Assembly (NCBI GenBank): GCA_001643675.2 | Contig: LSRY02000039.1 | Span: 930,001-994,000 of the forward strand | Source of the DNA: Monocercomonoides exilis PA203 | Lineage: Eukaryota; Protista; Preaxostyla | Direction of reading: 5' to 3' | Length of the DNA stretch: 64,000 nucleotides | In this document: in pieces, positions 48,125 to 62,000 of the stretch | Layout: each line of letters opens with the position of its first letter | How positions within the stretch are numbered: the first letter of the stretch is position 1 | The notes under the pieces: generated by a model | Databases searched by the model: none | Seen by the model: the letters and a program-made list of their open reading frames with translations, nothing else | What the model was told of the DNA's origin: nothing | Translations under genes and position numbers: made by a program

Positions 48125-49981
48125 ATGAATGGTAATGTTGAGAAGTTATCGTGTGCACGTTGGTAACAACAAATTCCCTTGCACAACTATATTGTTGCTG
48201 CACTGCTGAATGTTATTATTATTGTCCACACAATAGCTATCGGAAATATTCGTTTTGTAAAATTACGAATATTCTACCCTATTACTCTATTAATCACTTC
48301 ACTTTTTAATTTTTTAATTTAATTTAATTTTAGTTAATTTATTTTTTTTTTTGAAACAACAGCAATATATTTTGTCCTGCCTTGATTTATTAATTTGTTT
48401 TTTTGAACGATCAAAAGAAACAAAATTTTTATTGGACAAAATTATGGAAATTTCGTATGGTGATTTGTCGCTAGGCAATGAAACAGATTTTTCAAATGAA
48501 ATCGAATTAACTGAAAACGAACGAAAAATTTCGAAATTTACGAGGAGATGTTTTCGAATACTTTTGCATTCACGAAAAATTAAACCTCAAACGATAGTAG
48601 AAATTCTTCTCACATGACTCAAGATTGCGAGGAAATGAAAGCGGAATATCACAATAAAGTCATTGCTACAAGTGTTGATCAAACTGAAGACATTTGATTT
48701 CATTTCTAACAAAAAAAATGTCAACAAATGAATATTTCCTTTTATAAAAGAATGCCAAATTGGACTTTTTACAGATTGCATCAACAAAGAAGTCACTTTT
48801 CTTGAATCTGTTTGAATATGCTATTTTTAAATTGTTTTTGATGCTTGACTTTTTTCATTTTCCAATCCGATGCAGCTTTGCAATGATCACTTAAGAAATC
48901 AATTAATAAGACCTCATTCTCTTCAATTTTTGTATGCCTTGTGTAAAAACCTTCCTGATGTTGTAATCCAAGAACATTTTGAAGATGAATATCAAAATAT
49001 TGAAAACCAGTTTCCGTTGTTAATATCAATAAAAATATTTGATTTTTAGGATCTTCTTTTTGAAGCCATTTGGCAAATTGCTGTTGAAGATGAATGCTAT
49101 GTATCCAGAGTGTTTTCGACAGCTATGATTTCGCTCCTTTGTGCATATGGATCGTTTCGTCAACAAATTCTTGATCTTGGCTTTTCATCGATTTTATTGA
49201 CTCGTTTAACATCTTTAATCTGCATGCACTATTTGTTCGTCTATAGGATGCATCTTTTTATCTAATGATATGTGAAAAGTTTATTTTTCCCTGCAAACAT
49301 CAGAAAATGTGGATGAACATTCGTTTTCTACCTCATCCATCACAACTCAAAAGTCGAACACTTCTTCTTTTTCAACTTCACTTCCTTCATCAAAGCAGAC
49401 AGCACCAACCACAGCAACTGCTGTGTCACCACTGCATCATTGATCGCTCTTCTCGTATGCATCATCAACCAAGTCTGCAGCGTCTCAACCGCTTCTCCTT
49501 CCTCTTCTGAGTGAAAGAGAGATGGTGTCGATGGAGTTTCTCTGCTGTGCAGTCGGGTTGTAGGCGCTCTGCTCTTCTACCGCGTCGATCTCTTCACTGC
49601 TGCAGTTGGGCTTAGTCGCTGTGAAGCTGAGCAGAAGCGTGGCAAGTGCGTCGTGGACGCGAGTTTCTTTTGTCAAGCTGATGAGTGACAAGAGAAAAGA
49701 CGTGCAGACATCGAAAGGATCTGCAAAAGCATTCAACCACAGCTAATAAGCTATTGGCATCAGAAAATGCTAATTTATCGTCTTCTGCTGAGCATGAAAA
49801 GCAGATTCTGAATGAAGAAGCACAACATTCGCTATCATCACCAACACCAACATCATTGCCAAATATTGCCATCGGAAATAATTATACTATTACTGTAGGA
49901 AATATTTCAATATCCGATCTCTCATTTTGCAAACCTATGTTCCAGTTAAAAGATAATTATTCGATCTCGAATTCATTGTAA
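48125..49981 (+). pseudogene. Decayed gene with helical (ARM-like) segments
   Basis: Protein-like segments (QQYILSCLDLLICFF, AMISLLCAYGSFRQQILDLG, EFLCCAVGL*ALCSS) are broken by several in-frame stops and frameshifts. Confidence 0.45.
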
Positions 49982-50142
49982 CAAATCAGAAAAGATAAAA
50001 CTTAAAGCATTTTTAGTTTCATTTATCACTTTCCAAAAAATGCAAGTGCAAAAAGCTGCAGTGCGAATACACAAATTTCATTGGCCGTTTTGGGTTTTGT
50101 TTTTTGTCTTTTCCTTTCTTAACATTTACGAATTCAGTGTGT

Positions 50143-51571
50143 ATGATAAAAATTTGTTTATTTTCTGAATGTCGTGTATTTTCGAAAATGCAGGGACTAT
50201 CTTTCACCGAAAAATTCACTGGTGTGCAATCAATGATGTTTTTTTCTTGATTGTTTCAATTTTTTCTTCATTATTTTTTAAGAATTGCTTTCTGAGCTGG
50301 AAGATTGCAGCGAGGAAGAGCAAAAACAGAAAATTATTGAAATAAATGAAATGATTGAGAGGATGGATGCAAACGAACTGGAACTTGTTTGTTCAGAAGA
50401 GATATTAGTGAGCCTTTGGATAAAGATTGAAAAAAGGAAACTGTTTTTGGAAAACGCCTTTTTGCTATTGAAACATTTGGGGTATTGTAACGTGCTGAAA
50501 GGAACGTTTAAAAATTGTTTAGACTGTGATTCATTGAAATATGGATTCGAGAAAATGATTATAGAGGAAGAGCAGAAAAATGAAGGAAAGAATGAAAAAC
50601 TTTTGGTTGATCTTTGCGAGTGCTATGTTTTTATGCAAGGTTTAAATTCACAGAGATTGCATTCGACTTGCATGCAATGTCTTCTGAAAGTTGCATTGAA
50701 CAAGGAAGAAAACGAGGAAACACAAAAAGAAGTGGAAATGGCTTTGCTTGCATTGAGTGACATTTACGAATATTGCGTATGTTCACTTCTATATCCTTTA
50801 TGTTGTATTGATATATTTCTTATTTCTAATCAGTTTATCGAACAAGAACTTTACCTCAGTGAAATCAAAGAGATAATACAATATCATCAGGAGCATCACA
50901 ATCTGACTCAATTAGCTTCCCTATCTGCTTGGCAATTTTTTTTCAGGAGATTATGCCATGATAACAGTTTGGTGGGAGTGATTGTGAATGAGCTGCATTT
51001 TGCAAGAGAGGCAACAAGAGAGTTGGAAGAGCTGAGAGAATGCATTGATTGGAAGAGAGAGAAAAAAGAGAAAAGAAGTGTTGAAGGGGAAAAAGAAGAG
51101 TTTCTAGTTGTGAGATGGATCATTTCGTTGAATGTCTATTTGTTTTCTTGCAAATTGTTGAATGAAGAATTAAATGGGATTTTAAACAGAATTGTTCAGG
51201 AGTTCCAAGCAGCAAGGGACAATTGCATCGAAATAATCATGGATTACTTTGATATATTTATAATTTCAATATTTGGAGGATCCATGGAGATTGTTGACTT
51301 TCTGAAAAGTGGAGCTGTTGATCTTATTTTGAAGGAGATTCAGCGACCAACGATGAAAGATGAAATACCATCTAATAGCTTGGAAATCTTTATTGAAATG
51401 TCAAATCGATTGAAAGAAGAAGAAGATAATGAAAACGAAGAAACAAAACGAGAAGAGATGAAAAGGAAAGTGTTTGAAAAGATAAAAGAAGAAGGATACG
51501 AAGATGTTATTTCAAGCTTTTCAGAAATAATATCATTTCTTTACTATTATTATAGAATGAATTTATTGTGA
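50143..51571 (+). CDS. 'HQEHHNLT' family copy 3 (3 exons)
   Basis: Exon 1 ...FTEKFT (ATG at 50143 or 50188), intron 50222..50282. The second intron (GTATGT...AATCAG, ~50777..50833) is in frame and stop-free, so the ORF track reads through it. All family motifs present. Confidence 0.82.
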
Positions 51572-51908
51572 GATATTTCTAATTTTTTTAATATCTGCTT
51601 GAGGAACTGAAACGATTTCAGTTTTATTCTCAGTTTTGAAATATTATCTTCTTTCTTTTTTTTATTTCAGAAAAAAAAAGCATTTTCAACGACATTTTAA
51701 GTCCATTTTCAACTCACTTCATTGGAAAGCATCAAGGAATGAAAAAAGAAACAAAAAGTGATGAGCATTCGAATTTCAATTTTATCCTTAATCTTCGCCA
51801 AATGAATTTCACACTCAAAAAATACTTTTTTTGAAAAATAAACAAAAATAATTAAATAAATAAAATAAAAACAAAACAAAAAACAAAACAAAAAAAAATT
51901 CTACTCAG

Positions 51909-53312
51909 TTATAAATAAATAAAAAGCTCTTCAATACTTTTGATAGACAAATAACAATAATCCACTCCTTTAAAAACATAATACTGCAGCAAGATGATGC
52001 AATCTTCGTATCCTTCTTCCTCTAACTTTTCAAATACTTTTCTTTTCGTCTCTTTTCTTTTTTCTTTTTCGATTTCACCATTTTTTTCCCCTTTCAATCG
52101 CTTTAAAATTGTAATGAAGAATCTCAAGCTTTCAAATATCATTACGTCATTCAATGTTGATTGGATAGTTTCCTCCAAAACGAGATCAACTGCTCCTCCT
52201 TTCAGAAACACTTCAATTTCCGAGGCTCTTTTTCCAATTACTGCTTCAAATATATAAACGCACCAATAGCTAATTTCTTTGTGATGATCTTTTGCTGCTC
52301 GAAATATCTGAATTATGCTACGAAAAAGTCCAGAAAGTTCTTCGTTCCACAACTCACCAGATTCAAAGAAAAATGCTAATGCTAAGAACCATCTCATCAA
52401 AGTTAGTTCTTCTTTCTTTTCTTTCACTCCTTTTTCTTCTTTTTCTCTCTTCCAATCCACACTATTTGTCAGCTCTTCCAATTCCTTTATTGCCTCTCTC
52501 ACGAAATGAAGTTCATTCACAATAATTTCTTCTAAGCTTCTATCAAATAAAATTCTTCTAATCAAAAACTGCCAAGCAGACTGATAGGCAAGTCGTGTCA
52601 GATTCTGATATTCCTGATGATATTGGATAATCTCTTTGATCTCATTATAATACAGTTCTTTTGGAACTTTCTAATATAAATCGAAAAAAATCAATAGCGT
52701 TAAAAATGAAAAACAAGTGCTCAAACATCATATACTGGAATTTTGTTCAAAGCCAGCAATGCCACTTCCACTTCTTTTTGAACTTCCTCACTTTTCTCTT
52801 TCTTCGATGCAGCTTTCAATAGACATGGTACACAAATAGAAAGCATTTCCGAATCGAACTGGTTACTAAGCAAAAGATAGCATTCGCAGAGATCAGTCAG
52901 AAGCTTTACGTTCTTTTCTTTTTTCTTTTCTTCTTCATCAATAATCATCTTTTCAAATCTTCTGCTCAGCAAAGATTTTTTAAAGAATAGGTTCCATACA
53001 TTTTTCAGCGCATCGCAATATCCTACATGTTTCAGCAGCAAAATTGTATTTTCCATTGACATTTTCTTTTCTTCAATCATTTGGTGTATTTTATTGAACA
53101 GTTCTTCTGTGAAAATGGATTCAATTTCTTCTTCGTTCATTCCATCAACTACTTCATTCATTTCAAGGATTTTCTTTCTCTGTTCATCTTCATTGCAATG
53201 CTCAAGTTCACAAAACAATTCTGTTATTAGAAAATAGTTTAATCAGAATAAGCCAGAATTCAAATGCAACTGCAATTGCACACTATTGAACTTTTTTGTG
53301 CTGTCTGTCTCC
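51909..53312 (-). CDS. 'HQEHHNLT' family copy 4 (convergent with copy 3)
   Basis: ORFs 52721..53218 and 51909..52565 plus the intervening YHQEYQNLTRLAYQSAW; intron at the conserved position. No in-frame ATG found in the exon-1 equivalent, so the start is uncertain. Confidence 0.75.
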
Positions 53313-53776
53313 TATATACAGATTTTTTTATTAAAAATTGAACAAGAAAACAACACCATTTTGATATTCACAATGAAAGTTAAAATGATTGGATTGGAGA
53401 AAACAGATGAAAAATTAAACTTCACAAAAGATGAAAGAAATATATGCATTCAAACCGTTCCATCAAGCATTGACATTTTCGACTTGTAATTTCAAAGAAA
53501 AAAAACGCTTTGTTTTTTCTCTTTGTTGTTATGGATGTTTTGATCAAAGTTTTATTTCAAAAGGAATACTCATTAACAAAGCGAGAGTTCAATTAATAAA
53601 CATTTTTACAGAATTAGAAGAATTATTTCCAATGAAGGCAGCTGGAAATGAGGCAATGAAATATTTTTGAAATTCAATCAGATGATTTTTGAAAATTTGA
53701 TGAACAAGAAAATTCATCATGTTATTTTTTGAATAAAGGCATCTGTATGCGTGTATTTTATATTATTCTATTGGTA

Positions 53777-54121
53777 GCGAAGATATTTCCATCTGTGACC
53801 TTTCCAAAGCCGGGAAATATGAGTTATTGTTAAAATGGACAATCTTCTCGTTGGAAAGCAATACGATAGGAATGGAGCAGATTATTATATAGTCATTGGG
53901 AAATAAATGAAGTTACGCAAGATATACGATTTTTATTTGGAACAAGAGGTGAAAACAAATTCAACTTTCATTTTATAAAATGTAGATTTATGGATGGAAT
54001 TCTGTGAAGGACAAAATCTGCACAAAATTATATAGCATTTTGGAGCATAAGGCAGATGGAGCAGTTTGGGGTATTTTTTTTGCAAGGAAAGTGGATGGCA
54101 ATATCGAGGGAAGGATATCAA
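53777..54121 (-). pseudogene. Second copy of the 'WKG..WK.LR' family fragment
   Basis: Translates APFLSYCFPTRRLSILTITHISRLWKGHRWKYLR and EFVFTSCS; nucleotide homology to 45385..45680. Confidence 0.5.
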
Positions 54122-54899
54122 TCACAAAAAAAAGCAACAATTCAACGAAAAAAAAGGAGAGACCCAAAATATCAGTTTTATTTATAAGGTTTTCCTGTTT
54201 CTCGGACCGCGCCAGGCAGACATGGAAAAAGACGAATTTCTATTTTTGATTTCGTTTTCGAACCAAAAGAAAGGAGAAACGCCAACTACGAGACATCCAA
54301 TTATCGAATATTTGTTGGCGGGAGAACAACATTCCACCAATTGCATCTGGATTTCATTCTTCGAAGGGACAGTCATTTTGAACAAGCAAGGCAATTATCA
54401 TTCGATGTTTGTTTTCATCGACGCTACAGGCACCTACAGAAAAATACAGAATATTTTTGATCAGCCTCTTCAAGCGCAGACAGCCAGAGATTTTATTGTT
54501 GTGTTCCATTTGCGCGGCATCGATGCGGAGTTGATTTGTAGGGACTTTGTTGCTTCGTTTGGTGTGCGCTGAGGTGTTTGCAAACATTAGACAAGACGGC
54601 CATGTTTTCTCAGACGAACATCGAGGGTGAGCAATTTCTCTGAAGACCGTTTAATTTATTTATTTCTGATTGTTATGATGTTGGTTTGTGTTTATCTTGT
54701 GTTGTGGCTTCTATTAGAAATGGTTTTTAAAAATAGGGAATTCTTCAGATTCTGCTTTCAAGCGAACATATTTTCTAGCGCTGATTGAGTTCACTCTGCT
54801 GCTCGTGTGCCAACAAGAAGAATAAAGTATCATTCATTCATTCATCTTCTTGGTGAGTTGCAGCAATTATTGAAGCAGTGGCATTGTTTTATGTGAGGG

Positions 54900-56580
54900 T
54901 GCTTTCACAGCGCTAAGTTACAAACGCAATGAAACGGGGAATTCACTTGTTTGTCGGCTGGAGATAGCAGCGGTTGAGCAAGAAAAGCAAAAAAAAATGT
55001 TCATGTTTTATGCAGGTCAAGGGAGATATTTGTTGCAGAAGCAGAACTGCGGAGGAAGGAAACGAATGAGAACAAATGATAAAGATGAAGAAGAGGAAGC
55101 TGTTGCGGAGAAATATGGAGAAATGGAAGAAGAAGAAAGAGAAGATAACGCAAATGAGGTTAATTGAAAACAGAAAAGTTGTGAAGAAGAACCTGCAAAT
55201 TCAACTTCTCCTTCTTCAACTTCTCCTCCGCCTTCTCCATTCTCTTCCACTTCAGTAGCTGTCGAGTTCTCTTCTTCTTCTTCTTCTCATCCGACAAACT
55301 CACAATTAGCATAACATTATTCATCATCATCATCATCATCATCTTCTTCTTCCTCTTCCTCCTCCTCCCCCACCATCAAATCGAGTCTCTCCTTCTCCAT
55401 CCAGCACCGCCTCATCTCCTCCGTCTTCCCCATCAACCACCCTCTCCGCCACTTCCTCTCCCTCTGCTCCTCCCTCCCTCTTCACTCCGCCTCTTCCCTC
55501 CTCTGGCTCAAAGGCCTGGCTGTGCTTGACACCTGTAGAGAAACACAAGTCCAGTTATTTTTCTCTGTTGTTCTGAGGGTGTTGTGCCGAGGAATAGCTC
55601 ACCCGGATGCGAAAGTGAGGCAGACGGCGTTTGCGTCTGCGGTTTTGTTTGTGGCGAAAGCAGAAAGCGCACAGGAACACAGGCTGGCGATGCTGCTGGC
55701 TGCAGAGGAGAATGCGAGAAAGTCGCTGAAGAGAGTGAAAGAAGGGAAGGAGGAGAAGGAGGAGAAGGAGGAGAAGGAGGAGAAGGAGGGGAAGGAGGGG
55801 AAGGAGGAGAAGAAGAAGAAGAAAGAGAGATAAAAGCCGATGAATGAGCAGAGGGATGAGGAGAGGAGGTGGGGGAGGTCGAGGTTGAATTAGAGTAAGA
55901 GGAAGAAAATGATTGGGATGAATTAAAAGAGGAAGAGGAAGAAGAAGAAGAAGAAGAAAAAGAAGAAGACAGAAAGAGAGGAAGATAATTGTTTGGCAGT
56001 GAAGATACCAGCTTCAGTGCGTGTGTGTCGTGGTCGAATAACCCCGCGGAGAAATTCAGAGGCAGACAAGAATAAGCCAACAGCACTTTCTGTGGCTGGC
56101 TGTTCTTTTTTGTGTGTTTGCACTCCAAATGGAAGAACGTGAAGAGCACATGATACATCTTCCTATTCTTCGGCCTCGTGAGTGAATTCGCTGCTGATTC
56201 ATTCATTTGCTGCCATCCTCCTCTTTCTCCACTTCCTCCTCCTCCCATCTGATTATTCACCACATTCGGAATACAGCCCTGCCCTGTTTCTTCGTCGCTC
56301 CAGTCCAATCCATTGAGCGGCAGGCGTATTTTGATCTCATCTCCAAAAAATGGAGGATGCGAGTGATATTGCATGGTGCATCTGAACGCAGAGATATACT
56401 CAGGGATATTGTCGTCTGTTGTGTTGAATATAATCGGCAGCCCTGGTTCTGAGGGCGATTTGTCGTTGTCTTTCACTCGCACTTCAAGAACGATGTTGCG
56501 AGTGGAGTGGGGCAAAGAAAGAGGGGAAAAATTGACGGATTGAGGGTAGAGGTAGAGGAGGTGGCAGAGGGAGAGGCGGG
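54900..56580 (-). pseudogene. DOCK-family (DOCK-C/D type) DHR-1 C2 domain; gene appears truncated or decayed, no DHR-2 seen
   Basis: HLLYLYPQSVNF...STRNIVLEVRV...FFGDEIKIRLPL...YHVLFTFFHLECK...LAYSCLPL...LPNNYL follows the DOCK6-11 DHR-1 pattern; downstream sequence breaks into frameshifted low-complexity pieces. Confidence 0.75.
55741..55810. repeat. 9-bp tandem repeat (GAAGGAGGA-like; PPS on the minus strand)
   Basis: Directly visible. Confidence 0.85.
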
Positions 56581-56640
56581 GTGATATGTCAAGGGCGGGG
56601 GAGGAGAAGGGGAGGACGGCACGTGCATCGGGGGGGATAC

Positions 56641-56645
56641 GAGAA

Positions 56646-56677
<32 letters not shown>

Positions 56678-56790
56678 AGAGGAAGATTGAAAAAGAGAAG
56701 AAGAAGAAGAAGAAGAGGAGGAGGAGGAAGAGGAGGAAGAAGGAAGAGAAGAGAGAGAAGAAGAAGAATAAGAGGAAGAAGAAGGAGATA
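56641..56790. repeat. (GAA/GAG)n polypurine tract
   Basis: Directly visible. Confidence 0.9.
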
Positions 56791-56999
56791 ACGATGATGA
56801 TGCAGAAAAGATAAAGGAAACGTAATTTTATGAGTTTAATTGTCGTTATTTTGTTCACAGAAATATGCAGAATTCCTTTTGCTTGTTTTTCTCTTTATAT
56901 TTTTCATTTAAATTTTCCTTCCTTTCTTCCTTTCACTCTTCTCCATTCATCTTTTTCCTTCTTTCCTACTCTTTGACAGCGCAATCTTTTTTCCATCTC

Positions 57000-58720
57000 T
57001 CTTTTCTCTGTCAAAATGCTATCCCTCTTTGCACAAATCATCTGATGAAATATCACCTCCTTCTCTTTTTTCTTCTTTTTCTAATTCTTCGCTTCAGCTG
57101 CTGATGTACTCAAAATCCTACGTGTTAATATCCAAAAACATCTCCGAAGAATTAGAGGCAACGGAGAAATATCCCTCTTCGTTTGATTTTCTCCGCTTTG
57201 GCTTTATTTTTCTGCTTCTTTTTCTTCTCATCCACTCAATTTATTTTTCTCTCTGGAGATTCCCCCTTTCAGAACATCTTTTTGGTATTTTGAAGATTAA
57301 ATTAATTCAAGTATTTTCTTCTTTTCTCTGAGACGATATCAAAATGTTATTCTTTTTCTCGTCTTTCTCTTCTTTCTCTGCATCTTTCCATCTTTTCCTT
57401 TATGTCATTCCGTTTTCTTCTTTCAGTGCCTTCTCTTTCTCTCTCTCTTTCTTTCTCCAAATGCATGACTTTCTCTCTCTCCAGAATTGTTCGGTTCTCG
57501 CTCTTTCTTCTCTTTTTGCTATTCTTTCCTCCATTTCCCCTCAATGCAATTTTTCTTTTCCACAATCATTTCCCCCCAGTTTACGAGTCAATCGCTGCAT
57601 CTTCCCTCCTTTTTCTCTTCTCTTTTTGGAAGCACTCCAACTCCAACTTAAATTCTGCATATTTCACCAAAATTGTGAATCTTTCCATTGAAGCATCAAA
57701 ATTGCTGTTTCCATCAAACAATTCTTGGAAAAGCCGATGAATGCGAAGAAGAAGATGAGTTAATCGATGATGAAGCATGCATAACAGATGGCAGAAGGAA
57801 TGAATGCCATCGTTGAATACGATGCAAACAAGAATAATCTCAAAAGTTCCGGCTCTTTTGAAAAAGGATAAAAAGGCTTATTTCCCTAACATTCCTGTTC
57901 ATAGTCAATCTGTATTTATTCAAAGAATACCTTTAAAGAAAAATGAATCAAATGAAAAAAAAAGTCAAACCATCTTATTGGCATTTAATTATTTTCCCAT
58001 CTCCATTGCACTCGAAATGATCAACCCAGCTGGCTTTCTTGCTCTCCAAAATTGCGTCTCACCTTCACATAAAAAATTCAGACAACTGGATAACAAATGG
58101 CTGATACAGAACGTCTTCGAAAGCAGAGAATCCTTTATGAAACTGATAATGAAGTGAAGTGAATGATTATATTCTCCAAATCAACTCCTTTTCAAAGTAC
58201 AATTCAACACCATGTCTTTGTTGATAGATTTCCTGCAGGATTCATGCAAAATGCAAATGCGATAGTTGTAAAGGCCTGTTGGGTGTCTCGCTCAACTCGT
58301 TTCCTCCATTGTCCAATCCTCAATTCCCTTTCCTTTTCCACAAAGAAAATCTTCCCCCAAAAAATCACGCAAAACAAGTCCTGTTCAAAAGATATGTCAA
58401 GAGCACTGCACTTCCCTCGAAATGAACAAGCTGTGCAATTCTATCTTTCTGGCATTTTGCTCGCTTTTTCTGCATCTTGTTTGAGTCATTTCCCATTCAA
58501 AATATCGCAGCCGACGTTCCTTCATATGTTTTGCTATGTATGACCAAGTTCAAATTTCGTGCTTGTCTTCTCCACAAATTCACTTTTCAAATGCAAATGA
58601 TGCAAACAGTCACTCGCTCCTCCATCTGAAAATATAATCCCTGCTCTTCTACAGTGCTAAAACTCGCATGGGCGCATCTATGGATGTGCAATCAAGCAGC
58701 TCAAACATGCTCTTGCTGCA
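57000..58720 (-). pseudogene. Decayed coding region upstream of the DOCK C2 exon
   Basis: Short protein-like minus ORFs (57581..57778, 57347..57565) separated by in-frame stops. Confidence 0.35.
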
Positions 58721-59051
58721 GCATTTAATTTATCAAAAAAATTCTTCACTTATAAAATTATAGGTTGATCTCCCTTATTTATTTGCACAAAAACAAGATT
58801 TTTTAATATAAAGATTTGCATGTTTTGATGCAAAAGACATTGATGAAAAATGAAGATTTTTGGACTCGCGTGTTATTATATGTTTGACTTGATATTTTTA
58901 GTTCTTTTAATGTGAGTTTTACACGACAATTCTGAAAAACGAATCTATTTGTTGTTTTGGTTTCATTTTGCATTTTCGCAGTCAACTTCAAAAAGACAAA
59001 TATTTCGGGGTTTGCCAAAAATTTATATGAAATAAATGGTTAAATTAATAA

Positions 59052-60427
59052 ATGTGTATTTTTTTCTCTTTTGATTTTAATATTTTTTTAGAGAAACTTT
59101 CACAGCTGGAACAATTCACCGAAGCAGAACAGAAACGAGCAGTCGTCGAAATGAATGAAATAATGGAAGAGATGCGTAGAGAAGATATTGAATCCGTTTT
59201 CACGAAAGAACTGTTTGACAAAATCGATGAAATGATCGAAGAGGAGAAACTTTCAATGGGAAATTCATTGTTGTTGCTGAAGCATGTTGGATATAGCAAA
59301 GTACTGAAAAATATATGTGATCGATGCTTTGAACATTCAACATTGAGCAAAAGATTGGAAAAAATAATTAAAGATGAAAATGAGAAAAAAGATGAAAAGA
59401 ATGAAAGGCTTTTGACTGATCTCTGTGAGTGTTACCTTTTGTTACATAACGAATTTGAGTTCCCTCCAAAAACCACAACAAAATTTTGTGTTCCCTACCT
59501 TTTGAAAGTGGCATCAAACAAGGATGAAAGCGAAAAAAAACAAAAAGAAGTGGAAATGTCTTTATTTGCATTAAGTTGCATCGAAGGATATTGTGTTTGA
59601 GGATTTCAATTTTCTTTTGACATTTTTCAGTTTTTTTCTGATTTTTTGCATAGGAAGTGCCAAAAGAATTGTATCAAAATGTAATCAGTGAGATTTTTCA
59701 ATATCATCAAGAGCATCATAATTTGACACGAGTTGCCTATCAATCAGCATGGGAGTTTTTGGTATGCAGATTACTCAACGGTGAACTCATCAAAGGAGTT
59801 ATTGTGAATGAGCTACATTTTGGAAGAGAGGCAACAAGAGAATTGGAAGAACTATCAAAATTTGTGGATTGGAAGATGAAAGAAGAAGAAAATGAAAAGA
59901 GAAGAAAAAAGACAAAAGAAGAGCTTGATTTGATGAGATGGCTTGAAGCATTGAAGCAATATTTATTCAAATGCAAATTGTGGAATGAAGAATTTATTGG
60001 GCTTTTAAGCAACATTGTTCAGGTATATCGAACAGCGGATGATAAATTCAGAGAAATTTGCTGTTGGTGCATATTTCCCTTGAGAGAAGCAGCAGGAAAT
60101 AGAGTTGTTAAAGTTGAAGACTTGCTGAATGGCGGCGCTATTGATGCTGTTTTGGAGGAGATCCGTCGACAAACATTGAATAAAAACATTGAATATTTTT
60201 GCTTGAACTTCTTTTTGAGTGTTTCGGTGAGATTAAATAAAAAGGTGGATAGTGAAGCAGACAAACCAGAAAGAATAATTACAAAAAGGAAGGTCCTTGA
60301 AAAGCTGGAAGAAGAAGGATTCGAAGATACCTTCACAAGTTTTCATGCAATTATTGATTTTCTCAACGAAAAATATTATTTTGATAAATTATCGTTGAAC
60401 TTTTCGGATTATTCCGTAAATGTTTGA
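59052..60427 (+). CDS. 'HQEHHNLT' family copy 5
   Basis: ORFs 59052..59600 and 59657..60427 joined by a GTTTGA...ATAG intron; HQEHHNLTRVAYQSAW, GGAIDAVLEE, LEEEGFED. Exon 1 not resolved. Confidence 0.8.
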
Positions 60428-60881
60428 GGAAATGAGATGTTATTTAATCTGAAAATCTAAAATTTTATTTATTTTTCTTTCAGCTTCATATCACAATTCG
60501 ACAAGCCTAAAGTTAGTTTTACAGCTTTGTTTTTTAGATTTTGTGAAATGATAAAAATAAACATTCATTTGAACCTAATTTCAAAAGCCATTTTTTAAAA
60601 TTTTGAAATGGAGCAAAAAATAAAAAAGAAAAAGAAAAAGAAGAAGTAGTTGAAAATGAAAATGAAGTTACAAATAACAGTTGATGAAGATTGTGATTTA
60701 TCTTTTTCTTCCTTTCTGTTCTTTCTTCTTCTTCTTCTTCTTTCTCTTCTTCAAATAATAAAAAAATAAAAAAATCACCAAAAGCGAATTCCCCTGTTTG
60801 GGGCAGTTCCATTTTTTTAAGAGATAATTCCGCAACTTGGTTTGAAAATAGACACGTCAAATCAAAATGATATGAAACATG

Positions 60882-62000
60882 TCAAACTGACAGAAGAAGA
60901 AGAAGAAGAAAGGTGGAAGAGAAAGAGAAGGAAAAGAAGAGCAAAAAAAAATTCAATTCATTGAATATGTTGGGTGATGGGGGTATTTCATTGAATTCTT
61001 CTTCTTTGTCATCATCCATATCAAATTTACCTTCGTTCATTTCAATTTCTTCTTCTTCTCCTCCTCCTCCTTCTTCTCCTCCTCCTCGTTCTTCACATCT
61101 GTCAGCAGATTTGACTGACTGCAGCAGCATCTTCATTCTGTTTGTAACAGTTTTCTCCACTCAGATTCTGTTCAGCATCTACGAAGTGTCATCCAACGAT
61201 ATCCCAGCGACTAGACTGTGTTTATTGAAGGAAAGGTGGAAGATTCCTTTAAAGGCAAATGCTTCCAGAAGCTCAGTGAAACAAGCACGATGAATGTGAA
61301 TGTCTTCGCAAGTTTCTGCAAGTTGCTGAGTCTGAATTGATAAGGATCTGCCAGACGAATCCGTTTTTGAGTGAATTATATTTTTAAAATTCGCAAAATT
61401 AACCAATAAATTTTCTGAGAAAAGAATACAAAGAAGAAGAAAAATATGAAGTTCAAAATGAGGTAATACCTTTTTATAAGAAAACTCGTCTTCTCGCCTC
61501 TCTGATTGAAGAAGCCAATCTTTTACCATTTCTTCCATGTAGTTTTTTTTATTAACTGAAGTCAAAAGAATAGTGATGAAACACTTAAAGTGAAATAAAA
61601 AAAGAGATAGAATAGAAAAGATAAAATTAGAAATTATCATTGCGAAAAAAAATTAGAATCAATGATTACCATCAAAACAACCCAAAATGATGAATTTTCC
61701 GAAAAAAATGTAACAAGTGTCTTCATAGAAAAATACATATCAAGCGGTAACACCACTGAACGATCAAAATGCTGAAATGAATTCTTAATCCCGCATGTAC
61801 TCAGTTCCGCATGTTGAAATAATCTTCCTTCGTCTTCTCCATTTTTTTTCATCTTCTCTCCGCTTCAAAGCCTTTTGGAATGAAATCTCTTTCATTGCAT
61901 GTTTTATTATGATGTCCAATATTGTCATGAAACTTTCCCAAATGAATCCAATTGCCACACTCCCGAACATCAAAAATTCGCGGAATAACTAAATTATGAT
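60882..62000 (-). pseudogene. Fragmented hypothetical gene
   Basis: Chain of minus ORFs 61785..61973, 61637..61852, 61179..61640 and 60882..61160 in shifting frames. Confidence 0.35.
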
